A stretch of DNA of 62,437 bases, the filler included, from Sphacelaria rigidula (lineage: Eukaryota): the NCBI GenBank assembly GCA_964200075.2. It is 7 parts of 7 records of this genome, joined end to end, with 100 filler letters (N's around TTAATTAATTAA, not from the genome) between each part and the next. Parts side by side here need not be neighbours in the genome. Positions count along the whole stretch, not along the records: positions 44,671 to 53,504 come from CAXNAA020009991.1; positions 53,605 to 62,437 come from CAXNAA020009992.1; 5 more parts are not named here. One strand, written 5' to 3'. Both the position numbers and the translations under genes were made by a program. Every line of letters starts with the position of its first letter. Positions within the stretch are counted from its first letter, which is position 1. Positions 46,190-58,389 of this stretch are shown piece by piece. The notes under the pieces were generated by a model that was not told where the DNA came from, did not search any database, and saw only the letters and a program-made list of their open reading frames with translations.

Positions 46190-49100
46190 CTAGTAGTCTC
46201 CTCCTGATAGCGATAAAACAAGCACATACAGAGATCGAACACGAGAAAAATGATCAGTGGCCGAGAGGGAAATTCATCAAGTACACAATACAAAATGATT
46301 GCGGTCTGAAAAATGTCGAACCCCAACCCCGACCGTTGCCCTCGCGCGGTCACGTCGTACCCTAAAGGGAAAACGTCGTTAGGGAAACCAGAGAAATCCA
46401 GATCGGAAAGTGTTGGGTATTTGCCGCCGCGCCCCGGTGGAGCTCCTCGAGTTAGTTCCATGTGAGCATATCGATGTGAACTACTGAACAACCTGCAGAT
46501 GCACACTCCGCTGCTTGAATGACTTGTTGGTGCAAAATGAACCTCCGTGACGGAACCACATCCTTCAGTCCAAGCATATCGGAATTTTCCCGGTTTTTTC
46601 AGTCTTAGGTATCACCAATTCTCTGTGTTCTTCACTATTTCAAAGTGTAATGCGTTGTGGGTTTCGCCAACCTCGTCCCGTGTTTCAGCGTTCAACCCTG
46701 CAAAGCTGGTTAGGCGCCAAACACGGGTTTCAGTATTTCCCGCATCTCATTTTGCACAAAAAATCGGGGGACATCGGATTTCAACATTTGATTAGTAGTG
46801 CGTCGTGTCGGAGATGGGTGCCATCGCTTCCGCTCGTTACCTCGAACCCGAGTACACACCAAATACCCTCCACCAAGCGGGCGATAGTTTTCCACATACC
46901 AGGCACCGCAGAACCAGACCGACCACACGATCACGAAAATACCAAGATCTGACGAGTCTTGCAAACTGTCCAAGATTGTCGTGCTTCTGGCGGCTTCCTC
47001 AAAAACTGAACCCAATCGACATCTTCGACGCGATGTACGCCTCCATCACTGTCTCCCGAAATATCGTACAGAACAACCGATGTTCAGAGTCGACTCATTC
47101 CGTCACACGCTGATTCATTTCACTTCGACGTCGATTCACGTTCGTGTAACAAAATGAGGAACTCCGCTCGTACCGTGGTGACATGTTCCTGTAGTTCAAA
47201 ATGATACTAAAAACCAACTGGTGTACCAAGGAAAAGATGCCGCAAGTCTCTACGAAGTCCTCCCCCAACTTCGTGATATGTCGTTTTCCGCCGTGTCACT
47301 CAAGGTTCATCAATCTTGAATGTGGGCGTCGTTCGGATTCTCGTAACTACGCTGGTGGCGTCATTGCTCTGATTTTGTTTCTCAAGTTGTGGCGGTCAGT
47401 TCAACATCCACCGATCATGTTGATGCACTTTCTCATGGAAAATGGTCCTCACCCACCATTTGGATTACTTCGACTAGTAAGATTCCGCGCAGTCTTCCGC
47501 CAAACAAGGGACATCGACATTCCAAGATAGTGAAGGTCGGTCGATTTTCAAAAACTCTGGATTGCTTCTTGAATCCACAGCTTCATACCGAGGGAGTCGG
47601 GAGATCCGACACCATCGACATGAAGCCACTACTTGACGCACAGCCAACAGTCGAAGTGCGGTAGAGGAAACAAATGACACTCCAAGACATCCCCCTTACA
47701 TGAATCCATATCAACACTGAATCCTCATCGACGAGATACTCCCATCGACACTTGTTATATGAGCACAGATATACCACAACGAATGACATGGTGAGGAGAG
47801 GGTACAAGGAGCGACAACAAATTGCCGTGTCGCGAAATTTCTTCGAGTGCGGTACAATATTTCTCGTCTCCGGCAATAATAATGTCTGTGCTGGAGGCAG
47901 GTACTACGGTACTACTCAGTGGGTGATGCAACTACTCATTTTGTAGCATTCCGTGACTTTTCAGAATTGATCGTCTATACGAACTTTTTCCTCTTTCCCC
48001 GCTGGTCATGCTGAGGATTTAGAGATTTTCATATTTACCACACATTCCCAGGAGAGGATCTTGCAATCAATATTGATTGACTGAGGGCCGACCAGTCATG
48101 AGGGGTCCTGCCTCGTTTTGGTTCAGATTTTCCTGATTATATTGGTAAAAAATGTCCAGTTCATTCCTCTAGATTCCACCTATCCATTGCACTAGAGCCC
48201 AAGAACTGTGTATAACGTTTCGTCACACCCTCCTGATGAAGGTTATCACTCTTATCGCCCGAAGACACCAACACTGACCTAGGCATCGTGTTTCGGAATT
48301 CCGTGTTTGTCGTACCGTGATTTACGCACCTTAGCAATTCCGAGTTCTATCGCGTAGTACCTGAGTAAAACCTCCAACACCCTGGAACAGTTGGACCGCG
48401 CAGTTATTCGCGACTTCAGATCAAGTGCCGAGTATGAGAAGGTTATACAAGAGAAACACTCACCGCCCTCGCCCCCGTCGCCGAACATGTCCATGCCACC
48501 GCCCATGTCGACCTCCTCCTCTTCCTCCTCTTCTTTCTTCTCCTCGGCAGCCGGGGCGGCGTCACCGCCACCGCCGCCTCCTCCGCCGCCTCCACCACCA
48601 CCACCCCCTCCACCGAAGGAGGCAAGCTTGCCCTTGCCGGACTCGATCAAGGCGTTGAGGTCCTGCGGGAAAAAGCCATGAAATAAGCGACACGAGATTG
48701 AAAAGACTGATTGTTTCGCGTACGGAGTGACTGTAGCGTGGTTTTACCCTGGTTGGTCGTGGGCACCCGGGCCCTGTAGGGCAATTACACCAATCTTCCA
48801 GACCTCACGAGGTTGATATGGATTCATATTGCCGACGAGTAGTCGCCGTGGCGAATATCAACGTATTCGTTCACCCTGCACTCTAATTCTTGTAATAAAA
48901 AGTTGTTAGCCGTGAAATGACCTCGTACTTGCGCGTTGATCGTCCAGTCCGAACCAATTTCACTCAAAATAAATGGAATATTTAATTGACAATCTGTTGC
49001 TCAGAGTGACGATAGAGGAAGGTCGACGTACACAAAGTGGAGGGAAGGGTGCCGTTGGCACTGCAGGCGGGACAGTGACGCAGTTAAGACCTCTCACCTT

Positions 49101-49728
49101 GCCCGCCAGCTCCGCGATGAGCTGATCGAGGCGCTCCTCGTCCGCCTTGTGCAAGAAAAAACATGCGTGAAGTTGGGTGTCGAGGACGGTTGAGGAGAAG
49201 GGAGACATGAAAATTCGGGGTTTGACGGGGCTTTATTCGATGATGTTGAGCACAGCAAGTGTTCACGGGGATTTTCGCCATGGCACAAAATGAGGTGTCC
49301 GACCAAGTGACGAAATTCCCCCGCACCAAAGCTCAGTGAACCCGCCTTAATCGGGAGCACCCCACGATGTAGTTTACCCTGGAATCATCCAACAGGAATG
49401 CGTCGCCGATGCCGAAATGGGACACACCAGCAGGCGCCTTGAACCATGGAGAGTCATGCGCTTTGCTGCGGCGTAGAGGTCGACTGTGGACTGGCAGCTC
49501 GGGATGGAAACTAGCGATATCCATGTACTCTATTTCGGCCGTACCCGCCATTTGCGCGTGATCATCACTATCAGAGTATTTCGTGCGCAAAAATCTGTGA
49601 TCCTCAACCTCCGCCAGTTTGATACTTACATCGACACCGACAGCGGCGAGGGCAGTGGTGACGTCCTCCTTGGTAGGGGCAGCATTGCCGCCGAGCACAA
49701 GGAGCATGTAGGTAGCCAGGTGACGCAT
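46190..49728 (-). CDS. RPLP2: 60S acidic ribosomal protein P2 (complete, 4 exons, 119 aa)
   Basis: Exons 49728-49630 (MRHLATYMLLVLGGNAAPTKEDVTTALAAVGVD), 49145-49098 (ADEERLDQLIAELAGK), 48662-48464 (DLNALIESGKGKLASF, poly-G hinge, EEKKEEEEEEEVDMGGGMDMFGDGGEG) and 46203-46190 (GGDY*). All introns are GT-AG and in phase. Confidence 0.96.
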
Positions 49729-51077
49729 CTTTTGATGAAGTTGGTCGTGTGCAATAGTCGCCGACAAATTATTTTCGCGTTAGAGACCCAGAGGGCCGAC
49801 CAGTAGCATCGCGGTGAAGCGAAAGACGGGCAGCACAGACACAGGTGAAATCGGTTCAGGACGGCGAGACAGGCAGGAGTTGGCGGGAGGCGTCGTGTTG
49901 TGGCATGACCGGTTTATGAGCATGGTTCGTGTGTATATTTCGTTTTGGGGGTCGACTGTAATTTTGTGTACCGTCATCCATCACTCGAAGATACGCATCA
50001 AATTCAGCGGTCATCGGAGGCGCCAGGCGGAGCGCTGAGCGTGATGCCCACACATCAAACACGATTTGCTCCTGAAGGTGGCCTGCCAACAACTGATTTC
50101 ACAAGTGGAGAATACCACGAACGCCAGGCGTGGTTTCAGCTGTCAAGATATCAAAAGGGGTGTCACAGGTACAACACCCTCCTTCAACGGGATTATGTTG
50201 ACTGAAGACCCACAACGCACAACCGGCGGAATAGCAGTGTTCTCTTCCTACGCAGAACGGTTCATGCAGGTGAGCTCACGACAAGTACCAGGGTACAGCA
50301 GAGATTGCCAACCTTTACTTTTGCACGCGAAACGGCGTCCTCACCTATGGCCCACACACCTCAACCCCTGCCTGTCAATCCACTTGATTTGAGTGGCCCA
50401 ACACAGCACGACACACCGATGCAGCCATGAACAACCACACACTGAAACCGATATCACGGAGAGGCTAGCAATGAAGCATGGAGTGATGAAAAACAAGGTC
50501 AATAATCCATCGTTCCAACCAAATCGAAGCACTCTCGGGTCTCTTACCTTGAATCAATTAAGGCTGGGCCTGAAACAAGATGTACGTGCACTGTGAGGGA
50601 GGCTGCTATCACACACCACACACACATCAGAACATGACAATAGAATGTGCGTAATATCGTAGGAAAATGGCATTAGGGAATGCGTATTGTATCAATGCCT
50701 TTCCCTCTCGACATGACAGTCCCGCGAAGTCGACAAAGTGCTTGCCTTTTCGAGATTGTCTAACAGTGTGTCGTCGTCGAGTCCACCGCACTGGCGCGCT
50801 GGTTGTGCTGCAGTGCGCACTGCCTATAATCAAATTCCTTTATAAAATTATGCTTCATCAGTTATAGGCTCTGTGAAACTCCAGCACTGGGAACAGCTGT
50901 TCTTGCCGCAGTACACTGCACTGTATTCTACTCCTTTACTGTCTGTACTGGTACGTGTACTACGGGACGAATTCCACGACGGGCCGGGCAGGCAATATCT
51001 AACGGTGTCAGAGCAACAATAGTGCAGCTCTACCGTCGGTGTGCCACCTACGTCACCGCGCTGTGCTTTCGCCTCCA
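49729..51077. promoter_or_regulatory. Probable shared (bidirectional) upstream region between divergent genes
   Basis: The ATG of RPLP2 (49728, minus) and the ATG of the next gene (51078, plus) are 1.35 kb apart, head-to-head. No specific promoter motif was identified. Confidence 0.4.
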
Positions 51078-51515
51078 ATGGCGAGCTTTGGTTTCTTGGT
51101 GGGGACCTCGGTGGTAGTGGGGCTGCTCGCCTTCCTTGGGTATAGGTGGTGCCGCAGCAGCGTGAAAGTTGGTGAAGAAGACGACATTGAGGTACTGTAC
51201 TGTACACAACAACAGTGGATCTTTGTCACCGTACTAAGCTACATTTTTCTGCCAACAGTACAGCACGGTAAAGTGCAGTGCAGTAGTGTCGCATGTGTCT
51301 GGCGTCTGTTGTGTACTTCAAGGTAAACAACCGAGAGGGGGGGAGAGAGGGTTTCTTAATTGCACAACGTATTGTGCGGCAAGTCCTCACTATAGCCAGC
51401 ACAGCGATGTTGAGCACAACAGTGTCGTGTTTCATTGATGTTTTCAGAACATTTATTTGTTCCCCCTCTCGAATCCTGGCGTTGTCTGGAGGAGGCTGGA
51501 CCAGGCCGAGCAGCG

Positions 51516-51588
<73 letters not shown>

Positions 51589-52976
51589 GTCGTCCCCTCT
51601 ATTCTGGACGCCGGTCTACATCTTTCGTTGTATGTGGGCGCACCAGCCGGGGTCACACAGAAGGGAGGTCAACACAGGGGTTTTTTCTTTTTGCTTGTTT
51701 TTAGTACTCTACTTTCCCTCTGCGGTGCTTGCCTTTACTTTTTATCGCGAGAGGGGTACAGCAGTCCCTTTCCCTCGTTGACCATTACGTCGAATGTCGT
51801 GTACCCACGACATAGTCGCTCTCCACTTTTGGGCATGGTGTGAGAAAAAATCCCAGATCGCTCCGAGGTTTGAACCCACGACCCAACCGTCAGAAGGTTT
51901 CGAGGTTACCGACTGAGCCACCGGGGCGACCGGCAGCTGTTGTAGGGCTTGAAAATGCTTGAGAAATCCTAGGGTTGTTTAACGCTAGCATACCTCTGGC
52001 ATCAGTGATTACCAGGCCACTAAACTCCATGCTCTAATTGGAGCAACTTACATCATCAATGCTTGCGCCCCTATATCAAGAATCGATAATAATGTTTCCG
52101 CAAGAGTCTAGAAAACGATTGAGAGTGAGTAGCCGTCGATTGATGAATGAATAGTTCCGGTTCCGAAATACCCCTCCATGAGGTCCGGATACGCTTTCTG
52201 TAGTAGCTTGCCACTAAAGCCCTTGATATCCCTGAGTAGAATATCGACGTGTAGCTGTAGGCACACGCCAGTCTTACCGGCAAAGAAAAGCCCTCACGGA
52301 ATGAAAAATTGGTCAAGTTAACCCTTTTGGGACCGCCCCCCCAGTAACACAGGGTTGATCCTGCGTGAGTAAAATAATGAAAAATCAATCAGGGAGCGAC
52401 CTGCCCGATGACGGCGAGGTGAAATTTATCGACCAGAGCGACTATGTCGTAGGTACACAAAATTCGACTTGACGGTCGACGAGGGAATGGGAATGCTGAA
52501 CCCCACTCGCGATAAAAAATAAAGGCAAGCACCGCAGAAGAAAGGTGAGGTACCGAAAAAGAAGAAAAAAACTCCTGTGTTGACCTTCCTCCTGTGTGAC
52601 CCCGGCTGGTGCGCCCACATATAGCGAAAGGTGTAGACTGGCGTCCAGAATAGATGGGACGACAACACACACAACACACAGACCCGAACCAGCGCGGGGA
52701 CTGTTGTCGAGTGTGATGCCACTGCAAAGATCGGGTGGGGGCCCTATCCCTGGCCTAGACAAGCCTTCCCAGGTTTCCAAATGCAAGGTGGTCGCAGCTT
52801 GGTTTTATGGTATTACTTGCATTCAGTATAGCGTTCCCGGGATTTTCCTGGAGGGTTTTAGGGTCTCCAGCCTATACTAAAGCGTACTTATTCACTAACA
52901 CAGGGTGGAGTGGGAAACATCGGGAAGGAGTGTACATGCCACCATGTGGTCATTTTCACGAGGCACCCAAAACCAG
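51078..52976 (+). CDS. First two exons of an N-terminally membrane-anchored protein; putative DUF2064/TIGR04282-family GT-A glycosyltransferase (partial)
   Basis: Exon 1 is 51078-51191 (MASFGFLVGTSVVVGLLAFLGYRWCRSSVKVGEEDDIE|GT). Exon 2 is 52904-52976 (CTAAC-ACAG|GGVGNIGKECTCHHVVIFTRHPKPG|GT), in phase. HVVIFTRHPKPG resembles the family N-terminal motif HLIIFTRYPEPG(KTKTRL). The remainder is off-contig. Confidence 0.6.
51517..51934 (-). mobile_element. Full-length tRNA-derived SINE, family A, with (CA)n tail
   Basis: Minus-strand head gccggtcgccccggTGGCTCAGTCGGtaacc... (A box) and GGTTCAAACC (B box). The body is shared with 21670-21898, 52350-52681, 53425-53504 and 4225-4710. The tail is seen as (TG)n at 51517-51587. 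Confidence 0.85.
52350..52681 (+). mobile_element. SINE family A copy, inverted relative to 51517-51934
   Basis: High-identity reverse complement of 51588-51820, ending gacaacacacacaacacaca. Confidence 0.82.
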
Positions 52977-53424
52977 GTAGGCCGTGGAAAGACAAAAGGA
53001 GCTACCGTCATGAATTCTGCTTATCCGTGTGCTGATGACTTGCAGAACACTGTGAACATGTGTGTAGTGAGCGGAGATGAACAAGCTGTGTATAGGCAGC
53101 TGATCTCCGTCGATGAGAACTGCTCAGAACGTGCAAGGGAGTATGCAGCGGTAGCTGCTGCTGCGGTCGGACAGGCATACTGCACTGTACTGTTATGGGG
53201 ATGATGGGGCCCGATTTTGGGCACTATTTATCGGTATAATGGACCGGCCACTATCCACTGCAGAAAAAATGACCCGTAATCGGGCCAATAACGACCTCAC
53301 TCATATGAAATGTAGTCTAACTTCAGTACATATTTACAAGCCTGTGAGCGGTCGGTGTCGCGGAAATGTAGTTGCTGCGGCGACTGCACTGATCTATAGT
53401 TCTGTGCCTGTATCGTTTAGCTGT

Positions 53425-53504
53425 TGCACTCGAATTCGACTTAACGGTCGACGAGGGAAAGGGACTGCTGAACCCCTTTCGCGATAAAGTAGAAAAAGCA
53501 AGCA
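53425..53504 (+). mobile_element. SINE family A fragment cut by the contig end
   Basis: aattcgacttaacggtcgacgagggaaagggactgctgaacccctttcgcgataaa. Confidence 0.75.
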
Positions 53505-53639
53505 NNNNNNNNNNNNNNNNNNNNNNNNNNNNNNNNNNNNNNNNNNNNTTAATTAATTAANNNNNNNNNNNNNNNNNNNNNNNNNNNNNNNNNNNNNNNN
53601 NNNNCAAAATACGTTCTTATTTTTCTGGCAACCCTGTTT

Positions 53640-54254
53640 CACGTGTATTTTGTGCAGATCATTGTTTCTGGCGCCGTGCACTCGGCCCATGTCGCTCGTT
53701 TACGTTTCTATGCCGACTCGCAGTTGCACATCACTCGGAAACAAAACATGTATTTTAGCATTCGTATTCTCAAGGTGAATGTCGGATGAATGCTTTGGTG
53801 CACGTCGCTGAAGATGGCATTGGTGATGTCATTGTTTTGGTCTATTGGGAGGGGTTTGGTGCTGAAGACCGTACGTGGGAGTCTCTTCGCAAGATTCATT
53901 CTTCTGCGCCTGAGTTTGTTTCGAAGGAACTGCGTAAAATGCGGTTGACTCGGGCGGTGACAAGTAAATTAGCGTCGGAGTATGGTATTTCTTTGTGATC
54001 TGGTGCATGCGATACCAAGCCGTAGGTTTCAGTATAATCGCATGCATGATTAGAGCAGTGGCAAAGAATAGGGGATGCTGGATTGATGACCCTTATCTGA
54101 GTGGCCCCTCGCTGTCTGGCTCTTGGTGTGATCTGTAGAGGATCACTCCGCAAAAATGAGGAGTTAGAAGAAAGAACTTGTCGAGCACGAGGCCAGTGCT
54201 ACTGGAGGAGTCCCTCATGGATAGTCCTCTTGTCCAGATCGACTGGCAGAGGCT
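53640..54254 (+). mobile_element. Truncated Ty3/gypsy chromovirus copy (integrase C-terminus/chromodomain, PPT, partial LTR)
   Basis: Near-identical reverse complement of 59200-59893. ORF 53786-53998 encodes VLVYWEGFGAEDRTWESLRKI. PPT aaagaatagggga at 54063-54075, then LTR start TGCTGG at 54076. Confidence 0.88.
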
Positions 54255-54828
54255 ATGCTACGCAGTCTCATTGTGGATTTCCTCTAATAAATAAGTCGAC
54301 CAAGGCTGCGCTGTAGATGTTGTATAACAGCGGGGACAAAGCGAAACCTTTTCTTGGTCCGTGGAAAACTTGGGGCTACGCTGATAGTTTGCCATCCTCC
54401 AGCTGTACCCGAACTTGCAGGCCGTCGAGGAACATGCCGATGATGGTGATCAGTCCCGGCGGGACTACGAACTAGGTAAGCGCTTCCCACGGGAGCGCGC
54501 AGAGAAAATCCGATATATGGATCTTCTTACTCCTGCTGTGACGACCTCGACGGGACGTAATCTCACCTCCGGTGATCTATAAAGTCATGTGTCGATTGCC
54601 CATAATCTGTTGGAAAGCTTGTGCGCTGTGTTTAGTCGACAGACTTGGAGACCAACGCCTGGACGGGAAGTTGACTCGTGTACGGAGTCGAGCTGGGGGA
54701 CATCGCATGGAGATTTTTTCGGTCAGGATCATTTCCTAGGTGACGATGATAAATCATCCAAGTCTGAACCTACCTGGGTGGGGGGGCACCCCCACCTTTG
54801 TGCCTACCCGTACACCAGACTGTCTTAA

Positions 54829-56345
54829 CCCTTTTGGCACCCTCCCCTCCTGCCCCCTGGTCAAACGCCTCATTATGAGAAGCCCTGACGAAGCGGAAAA
54901 GATGAAAACAGAAAAGGCCGACGGCAACCATTTTTACAACGGAAGATCGGAGAAGAATGTCCTCCCCGGAGAGATCGGGTGAGGTTTATCCAATCACACA
55001 ACGCACCGGATAAAGCGTGTCCAATTGCATCCATCGACAATAATCAGCAGAACCACTATAAAACATTCCATTCAGAAAACAGCAATGGGTTCCAGGGTCC
55101 AACCGGGCACGTTTGTATATTAGAATTTGTAAATGAAGGAAGCACCGCTTTGTCGGGCTGCAGCATTAGGTGACGAGTCTGCCAAGCCACACCGTACATA
55201 CAGCATAGTATGGGTGAACCCAGCGAAATCCCGTCACCACATGTGGAAGGCACAGTGGGTTGTGCGGGCGGTACATGGCGGGTGTAATCGCAGGCGTCCG
55301 AGCAGGCGATATACATGTACACCGGAGGGAGCCGACGGACACCGCCTACCGTAATCAGGCCAGATGAAAACACTACAGTCAGTAAATACAGTAGGTTACA
55401 GTATTGACTTGCGGCTACACTCCGTGCAAGATAAATATGGGCATGTCGTGAAACGTCGGTCACGAGAGTAGACGGCACGAGACGATAGCGGTAGCCGGCG
55501 TCATGAATCTCATGCAGCATGAAGTATGTCTATGCAACGGTCGGGAACGATCAACCCGCGGTATAGATGTGGTGGGGCAACTGTGCCTTTCGCTACGCCG
55601 TTGTGGAATAGTCGGCCTGGAGTATGATGTTGTCGGCACGTGCTTGGCAGAGCGCAGTTCTGTACATGCCCCGCGTTTTACAGAGATATTCTCAAAATAC
55701 AAAACAGACATGACACGAAGCAGTAAGGTATTACCTCTGGGGCGACGGCACTTGGCAGATTCTACACCAAAGAGACGGTGTATAACTGCAGGGTACATGG
55801 CGTCTGCGTCGCCTTTACCCATTTTTCAAAGGGCGGGATGGTGCTGTCGGAACGTGCATGGGCGCGATGTTGTGCATGACGTGAGTCTGCAGTCGAGATT
55901 ACCTCAAACTGCTGTAAAGACACCCAGCACTGTACAGGGCAGTGTCGCAGCACCCCCCGCGGCACGGAAAGGTCACTGCCTGGGATTGCATACCGCCAGT
56001 TCATACATTTAGCGAATGTGCCATCGGCGTTGCCCTTGTTGCTATGACACTGCAAAGAGCATAAACTGCAGCGGACAGGGCGTGCAGGTCAGGCCGGAAT
56101 CATGCTTCACAGAGGCCTGCCGCGCACTGTGGCCGAGCAAGGACCTCATGAGTGTAGAAAAAAAAGCCGACGGATCGAAGCAAGAAAATAGGTAACCTTC
56201 TCTTGTTCCACTTATCACTCGTACGGATCTGAAAAATACGCGTTTAGCCTAAATTGTTGCGTCTAAGCTATGAACCATCAACCATATCTTGCTCAAAAAC
56301 CGTCAATTGCAAATGATCGATTTTCCATTGTGAGGTCCAAAAGGG
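54829..56345 (+). mobile_element. Non-autonomous/degenerate piggyBac element (~1.5 kb)
   Basis: TTAA (54825-54828)|CCCTTTTGG...CCAAAAGGG|TTAA (56346-56349). Internal decayed peptides TRVDGTRR, RGIDVVGQL (cf. GGVDxxDQL) and a Cys-rich end. Confidence 0.7.
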
Positions 56346-57272
56346 TTAAGGACAGTTGAACTAAGGGGCTGAGTTCGGAGCGGCGGTGGGGTGGCACGCA
56401 CTCGAAAGCGCTGTCCGAAACTTAAAGTACCGAAGTAAACGACAAAGGTTCCTACCTGCCTTCTGAGGACGAAAAGAAACAGACAGACTCGCTCTGAAGG
56501 TAGAAAGAGTTGCAGGGGATGCTCATCAGCTGTGAAGTGCACTTGCATTTGCGGCAAAAGACACAAGTCCGATGGTTTTCATAGGCGCTAATTTGGCCAA
56601 GACAAAAGACAACACAATGGTGGGGGATCGAGATTGTTGGACCGAAACTACAATGTCTTCTGCAACGAAAATCAAATCTGCTTCACTGAGACACACGTTC
56701 AACACTATTTGATAATCGCATTTAACGTGCAGTTGACGCGTCAGTCTCGTCATTTTTCAAAACTACTGCAATCTACGTGGCCGAGATATTTCGCAATAGT
56801 GCCTTACTGCGACAAGCCATTGCGGTACGAAATCCACCTCAGTGTCCCGCGTAATATGTTGACTTTAAAGAAAGGTCAAAGATATACAATGGAACGACTA
56901 GATATATTCTTTAGGGTTTCGCCAAACTATCGCAAGCTGTATCGCATGTTTACTGTTGAGCCGACTTTCGAACACAAAGATCTTAGCTCTGTGGTCCTGA
57001 ATCGTAACGAGATATAGTATCGACGACCCTCTTTCTCATCCTCCTTAACCACCTGTCCCCTGCTGTGGCCCCGCTCTTCTTGACAGAACCTTCCATGTTA
57101 ACGCCTCGCATTGGTTGTCATTTTATTGCCCCAATACACAATATATCTGACATCCGTGTGATTCGACCACGCCTATCACCCCTTCTTGGAAGATATATCG
57201 AGAACGAGCCAAGTATGATTTGTGTGGGCACAGGGTGCTGGTCTGTCCACGTTCGCTAAATAAGCATCCTTT

Positions 57273-58389
57273 TCAAGGGTTCAAGCCGGTCTCGTCTGCG
57301 GAACGCACAGCCGCACGCACCAACCTGCTTTCAGTCGGCAGAACCACACCACGTTTCCCAGATTGCCGTCCTGAGACACTGGTGATAACTCGCTTCGTGT
57401 CACCCATGCCGGTGTCGGGCAGAGCGGAAAGTGATGCGCCCAGAGATTTATAACTTGTCAGCGCGAAGCTTCTCCAGCCTGATTTCATGGGTGCTACTAC
57501 CCGTGACGGCAGGGATTTTCGAGAGTGCAGAAGAAGATTTATTTCGAACCAAACCGTGGGCGCTAAATCCAAGGGCAGCCCGAAGAACAAAATGGGGGAT
57601 CCACGCCCGTATGGGGTCGCAGTATCGATTAGCATGAGAGCGAAGATTAATGGATTCACCACAAGAACGAAACCTATCACTAACTTTATTTTCTTCCTGA
57701 GTCCATCGATGCGTGCGTCTTGTATGTTCCTGGCGGTCATCATGCCCCGATCCCCCTTCTTGTGTGGAGCAGGTCCCCGATTGCTCGCTAGAGAATCCTC
57801 GATGTTCCGAACAACCGACAATCCACCTGCGATGGTAAAACCAGCCGCGAGGACAGCCTCTATGCACATGGCACTTATACCCACCTGACAGCCCAACACT
57901 GCCAGGTTCATCGTTGCCAACACGGCCATAGCGACTCCAGCCAGCGGTAATACAGCAAGGATGATATTCACGTAGCCCGACTTCGACAGCACAGCAGAAG
58001 CCCAGCAAATAAGGGGGCTGTGCTTGATTAACCGGAAATCGTTGCTGGCATCCATGATTCGGAGAAACAGCAGGAGCGACGGTGAAATCACAAAACGTAC
58101 GTGCGTGTTGTGGGGTATCAGAGATGTGGACCGAGCCAGTACCAGTCAACCTTGTATATACTGCAATAGTTAAGAGCAGGTCTACCTTCTACCACAAGGC
58201 ATGGGCGGGCGGAGAGAAGTTGACTCCGTTATTGAATGTAACACGATGTTCCACATGATTAGACAACCATTTTGTGCTGTTTGTCGGGGCAATAGCGTTA
58301 GAACTGCGGTTTCAAGACCGTCACTGGCGATATACGCCCTCATTCGTACGGTCCAAATGCTGGTGGCTAAGATAAGCAATTCCCGTATT
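57273..58389 (-). CDS. 3' exons of a multi-pass membrane protein, 7TM/GPCR-like architecture (partial)
   Basis: Exons 58389-58186 and 58044-57273 join in phase (AG|C gives Ser). There are about six hydrophobic helices, a long basic loop (RIDGLRKKIKLVIG) before the penultimate helix and a Ser/Thr-rich cytoplasmic-type tail. Upstream exons were not resolved. Confidence 0.65.

Noticed and set aside
46700-47720. Copia integrase remnant in RPLP2 intron 3 (LHVDGVGSPDSLG)
   Set aside because: Single weak motif with no DDE continuity.
51078-51191. V-ATPase subunit e assignment for exon 1
   Set aside because: No second-TM CMWLxW...Q..PL exon was found. The in-phase next exon instead gives a DUF2064-like motif.
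51293-51843. CVCVCV-containing ORFs
   Set aside because: Translations of the (TG)n SINE tail and body.
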